Positions 46,342 through 62,941 are shown, counted from the stretch's first letter. The stretch: 64,000 bases of DNA from the human T2T-CHM13v2.0 reference genome, Homo sapiens (GCF_009914755.1 NC_060945.1); one strand, 5' to 3'. Notes: generated by a model not told the origin, from the sequence alone. A program made the numbers and translations.

Positions 46342-46520
46342 CAGAGATGGGGTGCAAAGTATTACGGAAACAGAAATTGGGGTGGATGATATTGTCAGAA
46401 CAGAGGTTGGGAGGCACAGTATTGCAGGAGCAGAGATCAGGGTGTGTGGTACTGCAGGGGCAGAGATGAGGCTGTAAGGAATTGTGGGAGTAGAGATGGG
46501 GTGCAGAGCAGAGACCGGGT
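46342..46520. repeat. Degenerate ~30-bp tandem repeat, about 6 copies
   Basis: Units start CAGAGAT-like at 46342, 46371, 46401, 46431, 46461 and 46491. Confidence 0.8.
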
Positions 46521-47584
46521 ATCTCCCTGAGTTCAAATCCCAGCTCTACTGCCTGCAGAGGTCCAAGTTCCTTTAGTGCTGAGGATCTTCACTGGATTAT
46601 TTGTAAGGCCTCCCACCTGTTGGAGCTGTTGGGTAGATGAGATGAGATGCATATATAAGCTCCCTCACCTGAGTCAGAATCCAGCCCATCACAGATAACT
46701 GACAAATATGTTTCCCTCCTCTGGGACGAGTGCTAAAAGATGCAAAAGGCAGACCTTACTGGGCACAGGCTTAACACATGGTAGAAACGCCAAGAGGGGA
46801 CACAGGAGCTGAGGGCGTCCTGAAGCAGAGCCATGAAGTAGAGGAGAGGTTCTTATTACTGAGGGGGATGAGACACTTCTTGGAGTTCAATCTCCTAAAA
46901 TATGAAAGACCAGGTTCAGAGAGGGCCGTGGCTGTCTGAGATACACTCAGGTGTAGCGGGCAGTTAGTCCCTGAGCGGGACTTGAACCTGCCTCCTGTCC
47001 TTCTATCTCCCATGCTGCTCCCGGAGAGAAGCCACTGTACCCACTTTGCCCAAAGCAACCTGCTTTCCCTGGGGCAGAGCATGCAGTGGATCGGGGAGGG
47101 GCAGCAGTGTCCATGTGGCAGCTGGAACACTGGAGACCTTGGCCATTAATGAAGTTTTACTTCTTTCTGCTGATGCATCTCAGGTGCCTGCGCCGGCCTT
47201 TCATTTCGGTGCCTGTGTGTTTATTTCTGCAAGGCAGGGAGGCTTCCCAGTGCCCTCAGCCACTCCCAAAATCGATCCCAGTGGGCAGGAGCTTGCTCCT
47301 GCAGCTGGGCCTCCACAGAGCCTATAAAACGTTATGGGAGAAGAAAGAAGCTAAGACAGAGCTTATTCCGCATGAACTTGGCTTTATTTCCCTCATCCCC
47401 AAATCTGTAGGGGGTTTCCCCTTTCTTTTCTGGCCCAGTTTCCAAACCTGGATTCTAGTCTATGCCAACCAGAGACAGAAACCATGGGGATCTGGCAGGT
47501 TGCCTTAACTGTATGGATGGATGATATTCTTCCCCCGTTCAGAATTGGATGAGGTTCCATCCAGATCAAAAGTCACGAGGGAGC

Positions 47585-48400
<816 letters not shown>

Positions 48401-48707
48401 GTCCAGAATTTTAAGCAACCAAAAGCAGGGACGATGTTAGGCTGGGGCCATGAGGCAAATTGGAATCCAGGAGACGTCCTGTCGCCAGCCCTCTGTCCCT
48501 CCATCCTAGGAAGACTGCCCGACCTCTGTGGGGAGAGTGACATGCTGCTGGTGACTTTTGCAAAGTAGCCAAGGCTGTTTGCCGGTTGGTTTCTTCTGAC
48601 CTTGGCGGGAACTGTCTCAGTTAAGCTGGAGGTCACAGCAGGCAGGAGAAGGGCCGTGAGCACTGTCCGGACGTCCTCATGATTGTTTATGCTTTCTTGG
48701 TGTGCAG

Positions 48708-49366
48708 ATTCCTTTGGCTGCCGCAATATTTTCCGCAAAACCTCAGATTCCAATTGTGTGGCTTCTTCTTCCATGGAGTTCATCCCCGTGCCACCGCCCA
48801 GGACCCCGAGGATTGTGAAGAAACCGGAGCCCCATCAGCCAGGGCCCGGAAGCACTGGCATCCCCCACAAGGAAGACCCCCTGATGCTGGACATGGTGCG
48901 CTCCTTCGAGTCTGTGGATCGCGACGACCACGTAGAAGTGCTGTCTCCCTCTCATCACTACAGGATTCTGAACTCCCCGGTCAGCTTGGCTCGCAGAAAT
49001 TCCAGCGAGAGGACGCTGTCCCCGGGTCTGCCATCCGGAAGCATGTCGCCTCTCCATACTCCTTTGCATCCAACTCTGGTCTCTTTTGCTCACGAAGATA
49101 AGAACAGCCCCCCAAAAGAGGAGGGCCTGTGTTGCCCACCTCCGGTTCCCAGCAATGGCCCCATGCAGCCTCTGGGGAGCCCCAATTGTGTGAAAAGCCG
49201 AGGCCGGTTCCCTATGATGGGCATCGGACAGATGTTAAGGAAGCGCCATCAGAGTCTGCAGCCATCTGCAGATAGGCCCCTGGAGGCCAGCCTGCCCCCA
49301 CTGCAGCCCCTAGCCCCTGTGAACCTTGCCTTTGACATGGCCGATGGGGTCAAGACCCAGTGCTAA
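48708..49366 (+). CDS. HUNK: HUNK terminal coding exon (exon 11), Pro/Ser-rich C-terminal tail ending GVKTQC*
   Basis: tgtgcag acceptor; 659 nt to TAA; ORF 48683-49366. The seven exons sum to 1399 nt, consistent with a 714-aa protein if 746 coding nt lie upstream (phase 2 start fits). Confidence 0.97.
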
Positions 49367-51131
49367 CTTGGGCCAGCGGGGTTTGGGGTATCTCTAGAAA
49401 ACAGCAACTGAACAGAGCTCCACACATCTGTCAGGGTGTGAGCACTCCAAGGCCTCGCGTGGAGCATCCTTAGTCCCACCTGTAGCTGAATCCACAGACC
49501 CAAAGCCTGCACAACCCAACCTCGCTTAGGGACCCCCAGAGATGCTGGAATCGCTAGGAGGGTTGGCTCCAGGGGCAGCCAATTCCTATCATTCAGATCT
49601 TCCTTCCTCCCAAGTACTCACCAACCCCTTCCACTTCCCACTTCCCCCAGGCTTGGGGGGAAAACAGGGCATGAGCCTTCTGGGGCACTCAGATTATGGA
49701 CTGTTACCAGATCTTTCTTCACGCTGTGCTACATGTGTGCCTCTCACAGCAGTTGGCCACAGTTACAGGGAGAGAACAATATCACAGTCATTCATCCAGG
49801 CCACGTTTCCTCTGCGGAGTGTAGCAGCCCTGCCTTTCATAGCAGGGATTACCTGAAGGCCAGCAGGAGCCGGGGGCAGGCCCAGGATCCTCAGAGGAAG
49901 ATGGAGAGGAGCTTCGGACCAAGATCAAACCAAACAGTGGGGACCCCAACAGAAGAGAAAGACTGAAGGAGACACTCATTTCCCAAGCAAGATTTTGATA
50001 GATTTTTGTTGTTGTTGTTGTTGAAACATGCTAATGATTGAATTATCTTTTCCAAAGATTTTTTTTAAATGTGATGCCGGTAAATTGAAATAACATAATT
50101 TTTTAAAACTTGGATGGAGAGATGAGAAGCAATTCCACCAAACTCATGTTTTCACAGGAGGGTTCAGTGTGGAGAGCAAAAAAGCTGACTGTGGTGATTT
50201 GCTGAGTGCTGTGGCCCACAGGCAGGGCAAGTCTCGGTGGCCCTGTGTTCATCCTGTTGTTTAAGGCATAGCCCTGATCCTTCTGGAAGGCATAGAACAC
50301 GGTTACAGCTGGTTCTGTAGAAAGAGGGAAAAGATGATTGTGACAATTCAGAGCATAACTCAGATGGCGAGAAGGCAGCATTATCTCTGTGCGATGCTGA
50401 TTTCAAGCTGCCCACAGAACTGGTGCGGCTCAGAGCTCGGCGAGTTTGCTGGGAGCTGGGAGCAGGCTTGCCTGGCAGAGAACCTGTTCAGATACAGGCC
50501 AGTTTCTTCTTCGAGGAAAGCCAAGCTCCTCAAACAGGGTTCAGTCCACGTTGTGTTTTCACACCTTTCTCCAAGGATCGAACCAAAGATGTGTCTCCAG
50601 TATTGTGTCTGTGCCCCTGTGTGTGTTTTGTGGACAGCCGTGTTGTCTGACTGTATCCAGCTGGCACTTGACAGGGTGCAGTCATTGGTGAGAAGAATCA
50701 GAAAAAGAAGACCCATCAGCACAGGTTGGATAGGGGTTAGTGTAGGAGACCAGTTACAGAATGGCCTGGAGTCTTCAACTTTTGACCGGTGCAGGTGTGA
50801 CCAGAGACCACCTCTGTGGCCACCTCAGATAGTCATCTCAGTCCAAGGATCCCAAAACACAAATCTAGAATTGCAAAGCCAGCCTTTATTTCCCTGGCAG
50901 GCAGCCTTGCCAGAAGGCAGAGAGGCAGTTCTGAATCATTCTCTCATTCACCAGTGGTGACATCCTTCAGTCCCTCACATCTCTGACAGAGCGGGACAGA
51001 ATGGATATTTGGCTGACCTTGGTGAGACCTGGAGCTGCCTGTTTCTTCCCTAGGGGATCACCACGGCTCTAGGGCATTCTAGGATGAGGTCAGACCCCTT
51101 GGCCATTGGTGTTATTTTTTGTATAGCTTCA

Positions 51132-51470
<339 letters not shown>

Positions 51471-51835
51471 TAGAGCTTTATAAGCAGAGAGAAGAAAATA
51501 ATCATCTAAGACCATCTCTCCATTCGACATGAAGTGTACCTTTTCTAAAGACGGTTTCCAGCTGCAACGGCTCCACTTTGCAGGCTTGCAGGGTGTATAC
51601 CTGCGCATTGGGAACTTGCTGGAACCCCTGATGCATTTTCCTTGAGAGCAGGGGTACTTCCGCCTTGCCGTTAGCTTGTGGAGAACGTGCTTCTTATTCC
51701 TGGCAGGCTTCAAGAACAGCTGCACATGTGCCGCTAACTGACCGCGTTGCCATTGGCGACCTGGACTCTGAACTCAGGTTTATTCTAAACCCAGTGAGAG
51801 GTGAGGGGGAGTGATGAAAGGGGATCAGCTGTATT

Positions 51836-51855
51836 TGTGTGTGTGTGTGTGTGTG
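51836..51855. repeat. (TG)n in the 3' UTR
   Basis: Directly visible. Confidence 0.9.
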
Positions 51856-52268
51856 AGCACCTGACAAATCTATGAAACCGAGTGAAAGGAGAAATGTTAG
51901 ATTCTTTATTATTTTATTATATTTATATGGAAAGCTCGACTCTCCCTTTGGTAAGTCCGAAGCATGTTGTCTGTTCGACCGTGACTGTCTTCCTCAGTCT
52001 GTGCCTGTGATTCCAGTCACCCTGTAGTTACTGACAGAAATTGACTGGACTGTCATTGTGTGAAGTCTAGGAGGAAATGTCCATTTTAATTGTATGATTT
52101 GGTCATAAGTAAGGACTATATTTATGTCACCATTATTAGATATATGTACTTTTGTAATGACTGTGAAATACACTTTTCCCTCACTACGACTGCTTCTTTA
52201 TTTGCTGATAAATCTTAAAACAACTAAGTACGTTGCAAATAATAGTACAGGTACCATCTTTTATGTGA

Positions 52269-52570
<302 letters not shown>

Positions 52571-53593
52571 TTATGTAAAGCTCTTGACCTAGCATCTGAC
52601 TGGAAACAAGCGGGAATTGCATTGGGGGGCATTTTCTGGGCCAGTTTCCCTGCCTTATTTTACCTGCAATAGGTGTGCCTACAAAAGTCTTTCTGACATA
52701 CACACTGCAGGTGGCAGTTCAAGAAGAATCAACCTTTTTCATTTGGGGATATTAGGATCTTCCTTGGAGACTCTGAAAATGGCACACAAAGAATGGCAGT
52801 TATGAACGTGACTTCTAGATTTTGTCCTTGTAGGAGGCCTTGGTCATGGATAGGGGAAGAGGGATGATGGGATGGAATGGGAGGGTGGGATCTAGATGAC
52901 CTCTTGAAATTGTCCCAGTTACTGCTTCCTTCATAACTGTTCACAAAACGTTTTTCATATATACCACCTTGTTTCCCCTGGGAAGTGAGGGGACGAAGCC
53001 TTAGAGGGTGACATAGCTAGAAAGTGGAGAAGCTCACTGTTCACTGTGCAAAGCCCCAGTAGTCGGATTCCGGGGAAAAGAACAAGTATCTAGTTTTGAT
53101 GACAATGTTTTCTTGTAAGAATCCCAACACTTTAGAATAGAAAAGGACCTAAGATTCTCTGGCTCAGCCCCAGCCTTTCTGAAGAAGGGAAAACTAGGGA
53201 CCCAGATGGTTTAAGGACACCCCAGAGTCCCCAGATGAGCTGGCATTTGAGCTGGTCTGGAGCAGAGTTTCTCCCTCAAAGAACACAGAGAAATCAGAGA
53301 GTGGCTGCCATGGTCAGAGGGGGATGTCAACAACAGATCAAGCCGTCATCACAACAGGTATTTCTGAAGTTCCTGCAGGGACTAGGTCTTGCATTTTTAA
53401 GTCCTTTTCAAAACTGTGCAGCTTCCTGAACCTTATGCTGTTTGTCCCATCCACTCTTGAAGCTGGGGAAAGACAGCTTTCTTTGGGAACTCTGTCTTTC
53501 TCAGTTGACTTCCCAAGTAAGCAGCAAACCCCTGGATAGCCTTGTTATCTACTTTAGGTATTAAGAGGCTATTGGGTTTTACTAGATTAAATC

Positions 53594-53599
53594 AATAAA
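53594..53599 (+). terminator. Alternative poly(A) signal AATAAA (with ATTAAA just upstream)
   Basis: gattaaatcaataaaa; tandem hexamers. Confidence 0.45.
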
Positions 53600-54226
53600 A
53601 CATTTCCTATAGAGCCATATCATACACTGAAGCAAATTCAGAAAGAATGCAAAACTGCTATCTTTTGGGGGAGTCTGGAAGCCTGTTGGTTAGTGTATTT
53701 ATTTTCTTTGTGGGGTCTTCTGTGAGCTACAGGCACAGTAAGAATAATTCAGAGCGGTACTGGGAGTTGGTTCAATTTCATGTCATCACTTTTCAATGAA
53801 GGGAGTGCATTTCCTGAGTAGTAAATGAGTATATTATTTGTGGCAGCTTTTCTGTTAAGGGAGCTTTCCAGACATCTGGTTGCAAAGACAAATAGGATAT
53901 ATATTTGTACTTCTTCTCTGTGGACATGTTTTTGTGACACACAGTTATCTCTAGGAGTTGACGTCTGTGGGCACTAAGGGACTGAGGTTGGGGGAGAAAG
54001 CTGAGGAGGCTTTGGAAGAGAAGGTGAGGAGCATTTCAGGATTTGCAGTCCCCCTCCACATGTATCCACATCTGAGCTGGTGGTGTTCCAATAATGAGGC
54101 ATTTGGGGCAACCAATTTTGGAAGGATAGAATAGCTTTATGTGGAGCAAACTTGAGGATCAATTGGAGTTGAGTGGTTTAAAACTTAAAGATGGCACAGG
54201 AAGCTGTATCATTTACAGGTGAAAAA

Positions 54227-54232
54227 AATAAA
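54227..54232 (+). terminator. Distal poly(A) signal AATAAA
   Basis: Canonical hexamer; CA at 54245-54246; downstream ctctttgtatttcct. Confidence 0.7.
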
Positions 54233-54943
54233 TGGGTCTGACTTCAGGGCCTCAGCTCTTTGTATTTCCTACTTGGAAGATGGGCTATTAGCAATTTTGA
54301 AAGCAAAGGCTTTGGTTTACATTTAAACTCTATAATTTTTTTTAAAAATGTGTTCTTTCTAGTCTTGTTACCATAGCCAGCTGGAAAGGGCAAATTGCAA
54401 GCCTATATTGGGAACAAGTCTTCTTGCCGAAAGTAGGGCAGTGAAGTTCTTGGCAGATCTGAGATGAGAATGCCTTCCCCTGACTCCTTCATCAGTGTTC
54501 AGTGCTCACCTCCTCTGGCAACCAGTATGCTAGAAGATTAGGCTTTGCTATGATCACAAATTAATTCCAAATCTCTGTGACTTGCCCAATAAAGGTTTAT
54601 TTCTTAAAATATTTTTATGAGGCTGGGCTGACCACAAAACGGCTGTCTTCCATATGGTGACTCAGGGATCCAGGCTACATCCAACTTGTGGCTGTGTCCC
54701 CTCAAAATGAAACGTCTTTGGCTGCTCCAGCACAGGAAGGCACGGCTGGAGAGTTTTCCACCAGCCCTTAAACATTCTATGAGGGGACTCATCACTTCTC
54801 CCACAGCCCATTGACTGGAACTGGTCACACTGCCTTGTCTGTGAGCAAGAGGCTGGGAAATACAGGAGCATAGGGCTACTTGGGATGCAGCTAATGTTTC
54901 TCCCATCTTAGGGAAGGTACAGCTGCCTGCCATTTATTTGTTC

Positions 54944-55252
54944 TTTGTTTTTGTTTTTGCTTTTGTTTTGAGATGGAGTCTCCCTCTGTCACCCAGGCTG
55001 GAATGCAGTGGCGCAATCTCGGTTCACTGCAACCTCCACCTCCTGGGTTCAAGCGATTCTTGTGCCTCAGCCTCCTGAGTAGCTGAGACTATAGGCACAT
55101 GCCACCATGCCCAGCTAATGTTTGTATTTTTAGTAGAGACGAGGGTTTCACCGTGTTGGCCAGGCCGGTCTTGGACTCCTGACCTCAAGTGATATGCCCG
55201 CCTTGGACTCCCAAAGTTCCAGGATTACAGGCATGAGCCACCGTGCCTGGCC
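54944..55252 (-). mobile_element. AluS-like
   Basis: Alu reverse complement. Confidence 0.95.
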
Positions 55253-55391
55253 GAGATGCCTACCATTTAAAGGTACCCCAAAACTGGACTAGCCTTTTCC
55301 CATTGTCACACAATTATAGCACCTCTTAGTAAAGAGTTACTTTTTTAAAATAAAAGAATTAGCATTGGTAAATGTTAATATTTAAGGAGAG

Positions 55392-56093
<702 letters not shown>

Positions 56094-56221
56094 CGGGGAA
56101 AAGGTCAGATAGTAAAATTTACATCTTCTAGGAATCTCATATGTTTTGCCCCATATGCCAAATTTCCATTTATCCTTTTCTGACTAAATCACTCCCAGAA
56201 AATTTCTCTTTTTTGGAGTGA

Positions 56222-56546
<325 letters not shown>

Positions 56547-56627
56547 GAAATTCCACCTTTTCTAAGTGTTTCTTGTGCTTTAAGCTCAGTGTGCCAATTA
56601 TTTTCAAGTTTCTTTCTTCCTTTAATC

Positions 56628-56860
56628 CAGAGGTCTGCAAACTTTTTCTGTTAAGGACCAGAAAATAAATATTTTAGGCTTAGGAGATGACTGTTGCATA
56701 TTAGTCTGTTGCGTATTACTCTGCATTGTTTTTAAGTTTAGTTTAGTTTTTGTTTTTGCTATAACCCTTTGAAAATATGAAAACTGTTCTTATCTGGTGG
56801 ACCTACAAAAACAGGCCATAGCAGATTTTGGCCCTCAGGTAGTTATTTTGCTAACCCCTG
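56628..56860. mobile_element. MER58-like hAT MITE
   Basis: cagaggtctgcaaactttttctgttaaggaccag...ttttgctaacccctg. Confidence 0.8.
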
Positions 56861-56935
56861 ATTTAATCTTCACAAAAACTCCGTGAAGTGTCATATTTTC
56901 TCTATTTTATAGATTAGTTTTGTGGGTTTTATAGA

Positions 56936-57248
56936 TTGTTTTTGTTTTTAGTTTTTGTTTGTTTTTTGAGACAGAGTCTCACTCTGTTACTTATGCTGGA
57001 GTACAGTGGTACAATCATGGCTCACTGCAGCCTCGACCTCCTGGGCTCAAGTGATCCTCTCACTTCAGCCTCCCAAGTAGTTGGGACTACAGGCACATGC
57101 CACCATGCTAGGCTAATTTTTTAAGTTTTTTGTAGAGATGGGGTCTCACTATATTGCCCAGGCTGGTTTCCAACTCCTGGGCTCAAGCAATCCTCCTGCC
57201 TCAGCCTCCCAAATTGCTGGGAATACAGGCGTGAGCCATCATGCCCAG
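56936..57248 (-). mobile_element. AluJ-like
   Basis: Alu reverse complement. Confidence 0.9.
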
Positions 57249-58021
57249 TTGACACAATCAGGACTTCTGCAATCACACACCACAACTTTCATGTTAGGAA
57301 CTCACCACTTGAAAGACAGAGAGGGCTCCTTTTGTGACATCTGGGCCAGTGGGCTCTCAGAAGGGCCTGTGGCTAATGGTAACAAATTTGTTAAGAGTTT
57401 TGCAAAATGATTCAATCTAAGGGAACTTGGAGGTGGGGAGAGACCCTGGCTCTTTTCTTTGCCACTCCTTCCTTCGTTGCTTTTTGTAGATTTCCAGGGT
57501 TGGTTGCCAGCCACAGGAATGGCAGTGCTACAGGAGAGCCATCCTGGTCTCGAGTCTGTCATTACTATTTGTTCCCCACCTTTAGATTCAATCCTGTCTT
57601 CATCTGTGCAGAATGGAACATGGCCCTAGTCCCCAAGCTGTTTTCCATTCAAGCTGTTTCCCTTTTCTCTTTTGTGAATAGCCTCTCAAAAATGGGCTCT
57701 TAATTGCTTATAAAAAGACAGAGCTTACTCAAAGTCTCAGGAAACAAGTCTAAATCTGGAGCAGATGTGAAGCTGGATGATGCTTGTAGACAGATCATTA
57801 CCATTACTCACAACTGGGTGACGTGCGGGCCATTGGGATGGACGAGTGTCCCCGCCAGTGAAAGATGAATCATGTCATCTGAGTCAGAGAATTTCAAAGA
57901 GCCATTCAGAGTCCTTACCACCCAGAGCCCCTTGAATTATCTGAGCCATTCTCACGTTCAAAGCATTAGGCCAACTCAGAGAATCACAGGAACAATGGTG
58001 GTCACCCAGCCTTGGGCTTAG

Positions 58022-58405
<384 letters not shown>

Positions 58406-58994
58406 TCACTACTACTTTTAAAACAAAACAAAACAAAACAAAGCATTTTTACCTAAAACTAATATATTATGTATCCCAGATACAAAATCAGTTGAATTTT
58501 GTCAGTACAATCCTTATTGTCCTCTAAGCATTCAGGGAATCATTTTAATAAGCAGGTGATGCAATTGAGACCAGAATGGAGAAATGATGCATTGAAGAAC
58601 TCACAACTTGTCAGTTACAGCCTCTGCCTTCAAGCTCAGTTCTCCTCCCAGGAACCTGGACAAAGAACCCAGAATTAAAAGAGGATCTGGGGTGCTTGGG
58701 GTGTCATGATGTCTGAGGTCTACTCAGTCCCTTTTGCAAAATTTTGCACAACAGAAAGGGTGGACATGGTGATGGCCATAGTAGGAAGAAGGAAATTGAT
58801 TTGTGAGGAGTGTTTGAATGAAGAGGGTGTATGTGAGTGCTCTTTTCACCTTCCTAAGCTTGGTTTGTCTTGCCCTCCTCTGAGTACTCCTAGCAGCAAT
58901 GATTACGTGTAATAATTGTTACATTACTGTTTCTCCCAGGGCTCTGGGACACTGTCTTACATATCTTTTTAACTATACCCAGTGATCCAACCAC

Positions 58995-59280
58995 GTGGAT
59001 GAATGAGTAGATGATGGATGGATGGATGGATGGTGAATGGGTGAATGGGTAGATGCATGTATAGATGGATGGGTAGATGGTGAATAGATGAATGGCAGGA
59101 TGGATAGACAATGAATGGATGGATGGGTAGGTGAATGGATAGATGGTTAGATGGCTGGATGGAAGGATAGATGAGTAGATGATAGATGGTTGGTGGGATG
59201 AATGGGTAGATGATGGATGAATGGGTAGGTGATGAATGGATGGATGGGTGGGCAAATGAATGGATGGATGGATGGATGAA
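58995..59280. repeat. Degenerate (TGGA)n simple repeat
   Basis: Directly visible. Confidence 0.95.
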
Positions 59281-59927
59281 TTGAGTTGATAATAAATGTT
59301 AAGGGGAGTTAGATGAACCAGATTAGTGGATTTCTGGGAGGGCAGTTCAAGGAAAGGAAAATACTTCCTTAATCCACAGTGTAAACTCTCAAATACACAA
59401 TAAACAAAAAAATAGAGGGCCTGGAAAACAAATAGAGCTCTAACTTTGGGTACAAATAGCCTTTACAGCATTGCCTCCTCCTACCATGGATCCACTCACT
59501 CACCACCCTGAAAGCAAGGAATCACAAACCCCGGTTGCACGGTGAGGCCATTGCCCCTGTTGTCAAACGCATGTGTGTCTATTTGATTGTTTTCTTTTGG
59601 TGACCTTACAGGGATTTGGCAAGGAGATAAGGTGACTATCAAATAAGCCAGAACAGGTACCCTGCCACTCTCTCCACCCACACAGCTGTTTATGAGGCCA
59701 GTGTACTGAGGCCCAAACTGCTCTGTAAAGTCAAAGTAAATCCTGACTGAAGTACTGTGTTAGCCTCACTTTCATGCCTTGTCAGCCCAAGCTTCCAGCT
59801 GTGTTGTGCAAAACCATCTCAAAGCTATAGTTGGTTAATTAGGCATTTTCACAGGAGATGGGTAGCTAATCAAGATGATGTTCACACAGCTATGTCTCAC
59901 CCCAGCTAACCTGCTCACTTCTCCACT

Positions 59928-60320
59928 GCTATGGGCTGAATTATGCCCCCCAAATTCATGTGGAAGCCTGTCCCCCAGTACTTCAGAATGTGTCTGCATT
60001 TGGAGCTAGGGCTTTTAAAGAGGTGATTAAGTGATTAAGGTGGGCCCTAATCCAGTGTGACTGGTGTCCTTATAAGAAGGGGAAATTGGGACACACAAAA
60101 AGACACACCAGGGATTCAGGCACACAGAGGAAAGACCATGTGAGGACACTGTGAGAAGGCAGCCGTCTGCCAGCCAAAGAGAGAGGCCTCTGGAGAAACC
60201 GAACCTGTCAACACCTTAATCTTGGACTACTGGTCTCCAGAACTGTGAGAAAATACATTTCTGTTGTTTAAGCCACTCAGTCTGTGGTGTTTTGTTATGG
60301 CAACCCTGGTAAACTGATAT
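59928..60320. mobile_element. MLT1-type LTR
   Basis: tgctatgggctgaatt...ctccagaactgtgagaaaatacatttctgttgtttaagccac. Confidence 0.85.
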
Positions 60321-60558
60321 ACCCACAAACCCAGGTGTGGAAATAATGAAGCCCCTTCACGGAGAACAAACAGGCTGTTTATTCAGAGCTTGCTGTAGCA
60401 AGGGAGTTGGCCACCATCACTTGCATGGGGCAGAGACTCAAAGGCAGGCAGAGGAGTGGGAAAGTGTCATTGGGGGAAAAGGGAAGGCTTCAACTAGGAT
60501 CTGACTGGAGGTTGTTGGCACAGGGAAACTGGAGGTGGCCTAATTAGCAGTAGGACAT

Positions 60559-60965
60559 TGTATTAGTTCATTCTCACACTGCTATAAAGAACTACCTGAG
60601 ACTGGGTAATTTATAAAGAAAAGAGGTTTAAGTGGCTCGTGGTTCCACAGGCTGTCCAGGAAGCATGATTCTGGCATCTGCTCAGCTTCTGGGGAAGCCT
60701 CGGGAAACTGACAATCATGGTGGAAGGTGAAGAGGAAGCAGGCTTGTCTTTCATGACTGGAGTAGGAGGAAGAGAGCAATGGGAGAGCTGCTACACACTT
60801 TTAAACAGCCAGATCTAGTGATAATTCACTCACTATCATGAGAACAGCACCAAAGGGGAAACCCTCCCCCATGATCCAACCACCTCCCACTGGGCCCCGC
60901 TTCTAACACTGGAGCTTATAATTTGACATGAGATTTAGGCTAGGACACAGACCCAAACCATATCA
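60559..60965. mobile_element. MST-type (MaLR) LTR
   Basis: tgtattagttcattctcacactgctataaagaactacctgagactggg...ccaaaccatatca. Confidence 0.88.
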
Positions 60966-61229
60966 GACATTTTATGTGATTTTGGTTTTGGCGAAATATT
61001 TGACTTTTTTTCTGAGATGAAAATCAGGGCAAAAGTAGGAAAGCTGGCAGTCGTTGACCAAGTCCTGACCACTCTGGGCCCACAGCTGCAGAGGTTTGGC
61101 TTCATGGATCGGTTATTGCAGAGGCTGAGGGCCTGAGTTCTATTGCTGTGTGTGATCTGGCCGTCGTCCATTTATGTATTCAGTGTCTTACAGGAGTGGT
61201 GGGATGTCTTCTCACTCATGTCTGCCTGG

Positions 61230-61673
61230 CTGCATTTGTTTCCTAGGGCTATTATAACAAATTATCACAAACTTGATGTCTTACAACAGGAATGTATTCT
61301 CCCACAATTCTAGAGACAAGAAGTCTGAAATCAAGGTGTCAGCAGGGCCACTCTCTCTCTGAAGGCAGTAGGGGAGGAACTTTCCTTGCATCTTCCTGTT
61401 TCTGGTGGCTCCCAGCAATCCTTGGCATTCTTTGGCCATAGGAGCATTCCTCCATTCTCTGCCGCCATCTTTACATGGTGTTATTCCCTGTGTGTGTCTT
61501 CACATGTCCTTCTTTAAGGACACAAGTCACTGGATCTAGTTAGGGATCCACCCCAACCCAGTATGAACTCACCTTAACTAATTACACTTGCAATAACTCT
61601 ATTTTCAAATAAGCTTACCTTCTGAGGTCCCAGCAGACATGAATTTTGGAGGAGACACTATTCAACCCAGTAT
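61230..61673. mobile_element. MLT1-type LTR
   Basis: aagtctgaaatcaaggtgtcagcagggcc...gacactattcaaccc. Confidence 0.8.
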
Positions 61674-62534
61674 ACTAGTTAAGGGCCCTCTTTTGCTGTC
61701 ACCGGGGCTTAACGCCTGATGAATCAGGACCTGACATGGGGCCACAATGGGGGATTCAACTCTGTGACGTCTTGGGACATCCAGAGTAGAAGATGGTAGG
61801 ATGTGACCTTTTGGGTGGAAACTTTGGGACCCTTACGAAAGGGAGGAAAGGAATCCACATCTGATCATGTGGAGTGATTGACAGGCCCACTCCAAGGAAC
61901 ACAGATCCTGGGGCCAAGCTGATGATCCGGTGATCTCCTAACATAGATTTTCACAAAGGAATCAGAGAGACAACTAGGATGACTTGGGGGTCGGGGTGGG
62001 GGCTCTTGATTGTGGGAATGCTGTGCCAGGGGTTTATGGAGTCTTGACATAACCTGTGAGTCTTCAAAAAGCACATAGATTGTCAACATGAGTTGTTGAC
62101 CCCAAAACTGTATCTCTAGAACAGAATATTCCCTGGAGCATCAGGCAGGTTTATCAAACCCAGAGGAGATCCACATTCAATTCGTTATGTCCAGAGCCAA
62201 TGAGCTCATTCCCCAAGACCAGGTCTTCCTGTGCTCCCTCTTGTATGATGAAGGGCATCACAGACTCCACTTTGCCCAAGCGCCAACCTGAGCATCATCC
62301 TGAACCACACTCTCCTGCATCTAGTCCATTTACAAATCTTACCAGTTGTACCTCTTGTTTGCTTCTTGCTAAGTCAAGTGCCCCAAAGATGAAGGGCTAT
62401 CAAGGGCCACCAGTACCAACTCCAGAGGGGAGGATGAAGCCCACTCTCTTTCTATGCTTGACGTTTAGCATGGTGCAGTGAAATACACATCAAATCAGGA
62501 ACCATCCACAAAACAGGGATTTGAGGTAATAAGG

Positions 62535-62941
62535 TGGTATTGCTTGAATTTTTGTCCCTTTTGAAACTCATATTAAAACTTAATCCCCAATGTGACAGTG
62601 TTGGGGTGGGAGTCCTTTAAGAGGTGATTGAGTCATGAGGGCTCTACCCTCATGAAGGAATTAACCCATTCCCCAGTTAATGGGTTAATAGATTAGTGAT
62701 TTATCACTGGAATGGGTTAGTTGTAGGAGAGCAAGTTGGCTGTCTCTTGTGAGCCCCTTGCCATGTGATGCCCTGCACCACCTCAGGACTCTACAGAAAG
62801 TGCCCACCAGCAGAAGACTCTCACTAGTTGCAGCCCTTCGGCCTTGGACTTCCCAGCCTCCAGAACTGTAAGAAATAAATTTTTTTATAAATTGCCCAGT
62901 CTCAGGTATCCAGTTACAGCAACAGAAAATTGACTAAGACA
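62535..62941. mobile_element. MaLR LTR (MLT1A/MST-like)
   Basis: ttaatccccaatgtgacagtgttgg...gacttcccagcctccagaactgtaagaaataaa...gactaagaca. Confidence 0.8.

Noticed and set aside
49352-49366. C-terminal cysteine (KTQC*) as a prenylation signal
   Set aside because: Not a CaaX, CC or CxC motif.
50334-50960. 208-aa ORF in the 3' UTR
   Set aside because: No recognisable homology or splice context; lies downstream of the HUNK stop.
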